Notes under the pieces: model-generated | Database searches by the model: none | Told to the model about the DNA's origin: nothing | Seen by the model: the letters and a program-made list of their open reading frames with translations, nothing else | Part shown: positions 60,765 through 64,000 of the stretch, piece after piece | Layout: every line of letters starts with the position of its first letter | Position numbering within the stretch: position 1 is the first letter of the stretch | NCBI GenBank assembly: GCA_944381965.1 | Contig: CALWMO010000001.1 | Location: forward strand, 5,442-69,441 | Source: an uncultured Butyricicoccus sp. | GTDB lineage: Bacteria; Bacillota; Clostridia; Oscillospirales; Butyricicoccaceae | Length of the DNA stretch: 64,000 bases | Direction of reading: 5' to 3' | Made by a program: the position numbers and the translations under genes

Positions 60765-62102
60765 TTATCCAATTCCTCCAGGAGTGACAATTCCAAGGAT
60801 AAAAACAATAATTGTTAAAAGACAAAATACATAACGGGTCATAGGTTCAAGCCATTTGCCGATAGGCTTTGCTCGACCTTTTTGCAACTCATTACGCACA
60901 TATTTTTCACCAAATACCCAGTAAAACATAATTCCAGCAAGACCGGCACCAAGAGGACACACATAAATTGATACAAAGTTCATCCAGTCTTCAACAATGC
61001 CCTGTATGCATACAGCGGTAACTGTGCCGATAGCGGCAATTATAAGTACAGCATGTTTTCTATCAAGTCCTAGTTTTTCCTCAATGGTGGCTATTGGAGC
61101 TTCATATAAGTTTACAAGTGAAGTAAGACCGGCAAGGAATACACCAGCAAAGAAAACTATAACAAGTATACTGTTTGCAGGCATGGTTTTAAATAGATTA
61201 GGTAGGAAGATAAACATCAGCCCAGGGCCGCTATTATTTAGCTGTTGTCCTGCTGTTGCCATAGCGGGAATGATAACAAGTGCAGCAAGCATAGCGGCAA
61301 GTGTGTCAAAAAGTGCAACCTTCCATGCAGAGCCTATAATATCTTCATCATCTTTTAAATAAGAGCCATAAATAAGTGTGCCGTTACCCGCAAGGGATAA
61401 AGAGAAAAACGCTTGACCTAATGCATAAATCCAAGTTTGAGGTTCTTTTAAAGCCACAGGGTCAATTCTAAACATATATTTATAACCATCTATGGCATGA
61501 GGCTGAAACAGCATATAAATTGCCAGACCTACAAACAGACAGAAAAACAGTGGCATCATATATTTATTTAGTTTTTCAATACCAGATGCAATACCAAAAG
61601 CCATAATTAAAAATGTTAAAACAAGGCTTAAAATTACAAATGCATTATTTCCGAAAGAGGTTGCTATATTGCCAAATTGTGCAGAAAAACCGTCAACATC
61701 ATTAGGTTTTAAAACCGAACCAGTAAGTGAGCTTATAAGATATTTTAAAATCCAACCCATAACAACAGAATAACCTATTGCAAGTGCAAGCGAACCTAAA
61801 ACAGGAATTGCACCGATAGCAGCACCGATTTTAGGATTTTTACCTCTGGATTCAACGGCTTTTGAGAAAGCACCGATAGGGCCAGAGCGAGTGGCACGAC
61901 CAAAAGCCATTTCACCTATAACACCTGAAAAGCCAAGTATAAACACAAAGATAAAATAGGCAAGCAAAAATGAACCGCCACCAAATTTAGAAACTCTCAT
62001 AGGGAACATCCAGATATTGCCCATACCGACAGCCGATCCGATACATGCGAGAATAAATCCCCAACGGCTTGCAAATGAATCTCTAAAATGTTTCTTTTTC
62101 AA
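60765..62102 (-). CDS. Sodium-dependent transporter (NSS/SNF family)
   Basis: GSAVGMGNIWMFP, GQAFFSLS; TTG start after AGGAGG. Confidence 0.93.
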   Translation of the reverse strand: MKKKHFRDSFASRWGFILACIGSAVGMGNIWMFPMRVSKFGGGSFLLAYFIFVFILGFSGVIGEMAFGRATRSGPIGAFSKAVESRGKNPKIGAAIGAIPVLGSLALAIGYSVVMGWILKYLISSLTGSVLKPNDVDGFSAQFGNIATSFGNNAFVILSLVLTFLIMAFGIASGIEKLNKYMMPLFFCLFVGLAIYMLFQPHAIDGYKYMFRIDPVALKEPQTWIYALGQAFFSLSLAGNGTLIYGSYLKDDEDIIGSAWKVALFDTLAAMLAALVIIPAMATAGQQLNNSGPGLMFIFLPNLFKTMPANSILVIVFFAGVFLAGLTSLVNLYEAPIATIEEKLGLDRKHAVLIIAAIGTVTAVCIQGIVEDWMNFVSIYVCPLGAGLAGIMFYWVFGEKYVRNELQKGRAKPIGKWLEPMTRYVFCLLTIIVFILGIVTPGGIG

Positions 62103-62217
62103 GCAAAACGCCTCCTTTTTCCTTTTCTTTTCATATTATAGCAATGTAACACTGTAATATGCTAAAAGAAATTTTATATACTATTTAGGATAATATATTT
62201 TACATAAAATTTCAAGC

Positions 62218-62252
62218 AAAAAATTTCCCTCGATACTTCTATCAAGGGAAAA
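62218..62252 (-). terminator. Terminator after ABC transporter
   Basis: TTTCCCT.GATA / TATC.AGGGAAA with A-run. Confidence 0.6.
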
Positions 62253-62258
62253 ATAAGT

Positions 62259-63998
62259 TTATGCTTTTTCAAACTGACTGTTATATAGATTTGCATAAAA
62301 TCCGTTTTTAGCAAGTAATTCTTCATGATTGCCTTGTTCTATAATATCTCCGTCTTTCATGCATAAAATTAGGTCAGCATTTTTAATTGTTGAAAGTCTA
62401 TGGGCTATAATAAAACTGGTTCTGCCTTTAATTAAATTGTCCATAGCTTCTTGGATTTGTACTTCGGTTCGAGTATCTACCGAAGATGTAGCCTCATCTA
62501 AAATAAGCACAGGTCTATTTGCAAGTATTGCACGGGCAATAGTTAATAGCTGTTTTTGTCCCTGTGAAATATTGGACGCTTCTTCATTTAACATCATATT
62601 ATAACCATTTGGCAAGGTTTTAATAAAATGATGCACATGAGCAGCCTTTGCAGCCGCAATAACTTCTTCATCGGTTGCATCGATTCTGCCATAACGCAGA
62701 TTTTCCATAATTGTGCCTTCAAATAGCCATGTGTCCTGTAAAACCATAGCAAAGGCATCTCTCAGTCCTCGTCTGCCGTATTCCTTGATATTATGACCGT
62801 CAAGCAGAATATTACCGCTGTTTACATCATAATAACGAAGCAGAAGCTTAACCATTGTTGTTTTACCTGCACCAGTTGGCCCTACAATAGCTATCTTTTG
62901 ACCGGCTTTTACATTTGCACAGAAATCTTTAATAATAACTTGGTCTGGGTTGTAACCAAAACGCACATGGTCAAATACAACATCACCTGTTATTTTTTCT
63001 GGGTGATAATCGTTTTCTGAGCTTTGTTGTTCTTCTTCCTCGCTTAAAAATTGGAATACTCTTTCAGCCGCCGCCGCCATTGACTGGAGCATATTTGTAA
63101 TCTGTGCGATTTGCTGTATTGGCTGGGTAAAGTTTCTTGTATACTGAATAAATGCCTGTATATCACCAATAGAAATTACACCACGAGCGGCAAATAATGC
63201 ACCAGAAAGAGCTATACCTACATAACCAAGATTACCAACAAAAATCATAATAGGATGCATAAGTCCAGAGAAAAACTGGCTTTTCCATGCAGAGTTATAA
63301 AGTGCATTATTGGTTTCATGGAAAGTATCACAAACAGCTTTTTCTTGACCAAAAGCCTGAACTATATGGTGACCGCTGTATATTTCTTCAACTTGACCGT
63401 TTACATCGCCTAAAATTTCCTGTTGCGCTCTAAAATACTTCTGTGAAAATTTAATCACTGTACCGATAAGACCTATGCTTATTGGAAGCAAGATAATTGC
63501 AATAAGCGTCATAATAGGGGAGATGGTAAGCATCATAACAAGCACACCAATAATAGTTGAAACCGAGGTTATAAGCTGGGTTATACTTTGGTTTAAACCT
63601 GTGCCGAGTGAGTCAACATCATTTGTTATTCTGGATAATACCTCGCCATATGTTCGGGTTTCAAAATATTTCATTGGCATACGGTCGATTTTTTCGGTTA
63701 TCTCTTTTCTCATTCTATAACATATTTTCTGGGTAATACCTGTCATAATAAAGCTTTGACAGAACATTAAAAGGGCACTGATTACATATAAACCAAGTGC
63801 GGTAAGCAATATTTTACCGATAGCCCCAAAATCTATTGAGCCAGTGCCAGCGATTTGTGCCATAAGTCCAGAAGATAACTCGGTTGTTGCATTACCTAAG
63901 ATTTTAGGGCCAAAGATATTAAAAACTGTACTGCTTATCGCAAATAATGCTACAAGCACTAAAGCTAAATGATATGCACCGATATAATGAAATAATGA
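62259..63998 (-). CDS. ABC exporter, fused TM and ATPase (multidrug type); 5'-partial
   Basis: GPTGAGKT, ISQGQKQ, LILDEATS, IAHRLST; frame stays open to the window end. Confidence 0.93.
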   Translation of the reverse strand, partial: SLFHYIGAYHLALVLVALFAISSTVFNIFGPKILGNATTELSSGLMAQIAGTGSIDFGAIGKILLTALGLYVISALLMFCQSFIMTGITQKICYRMRKEITEKIDRMPMKYFETRTYGEVLSRITNDVDSLGTGLNQSITQLITSVSTIIGVLVMMLTISPIMTLIAIILLPISIGLIGTVIKFSQKYFRAQQEILGDVNGQVEEIYSGHHIVQAFGQEKAVCDTFHETNNALYNSAWKSQFFSGLMHPIMIFVGNLGYVGIALSGALFAARGVISIGDIQAFIQYTRNFTQPIQQIAQITNMLQSMAAAAERVFQFLSEEEEQQSSENDYHPEKITGDVVFDHVRFGYNPDQVIIKDFCANVKAGQKIAIVGPTGAGKTTMVKLLLRYYDVNSGNILLDGHNIKEYGRRGLRDAFAMVLQDTWLFEGTIMENLRYGRIDATDEEVIAAAKAAHVHHFIKTLPNGYNMMLNEEASNISQGQKQLLTIARAILANRPVLILDEATSSVDTRTEVQIQEAMDNLIKGRTSFIIAHRLSTIKNADLILCMKDGDIIEQGNHEELLAKNGFYANLYNSQFEKA

Positions 63999-64000
63999 TT

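Overview
Low-GC chromosomal origin region of a spore-forming Clostridia-class bacterium (taxonomy inferred from gene content). It holds the canonical ori block (serS, parB, parA, noc, rsmG, mnmG, mnmE, jag, yidC, yidD, rnpA, rpmH | dnaA, oriC, dnaN, yaaA, recF, remB, gyrB, gyrA). The left flank carries sporulation genes (spoVAD/E, tepA, asnO-like, split sleC-like locus) and an orphan type IV pilus/T2SS-like five-gene operon. The right flank carries envelope and metabolic genes. I saw no rRNA, tRNA, CRISPR array or mobile element. The most notable signals are mostly non-coding: (1) an unannotated ~200-nt five-hairpin sRNA with its own sigma-A promoter, terminator and C-rich anti-SD-like loop (46148-46350); (2) a pseudoknot-containing structured leader ending in an RBS-sequestering hairpin upstream of rnpA; (3) six parS sites, two forming the core of intrinsic terminators; (4) a parA with no canonical start codon (probably AUC); (5) two DnaA-box clusters outside oriC; (6) apparent strong GATC avoidance. 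All calls come from reading motifs by eye; no database searches were run.
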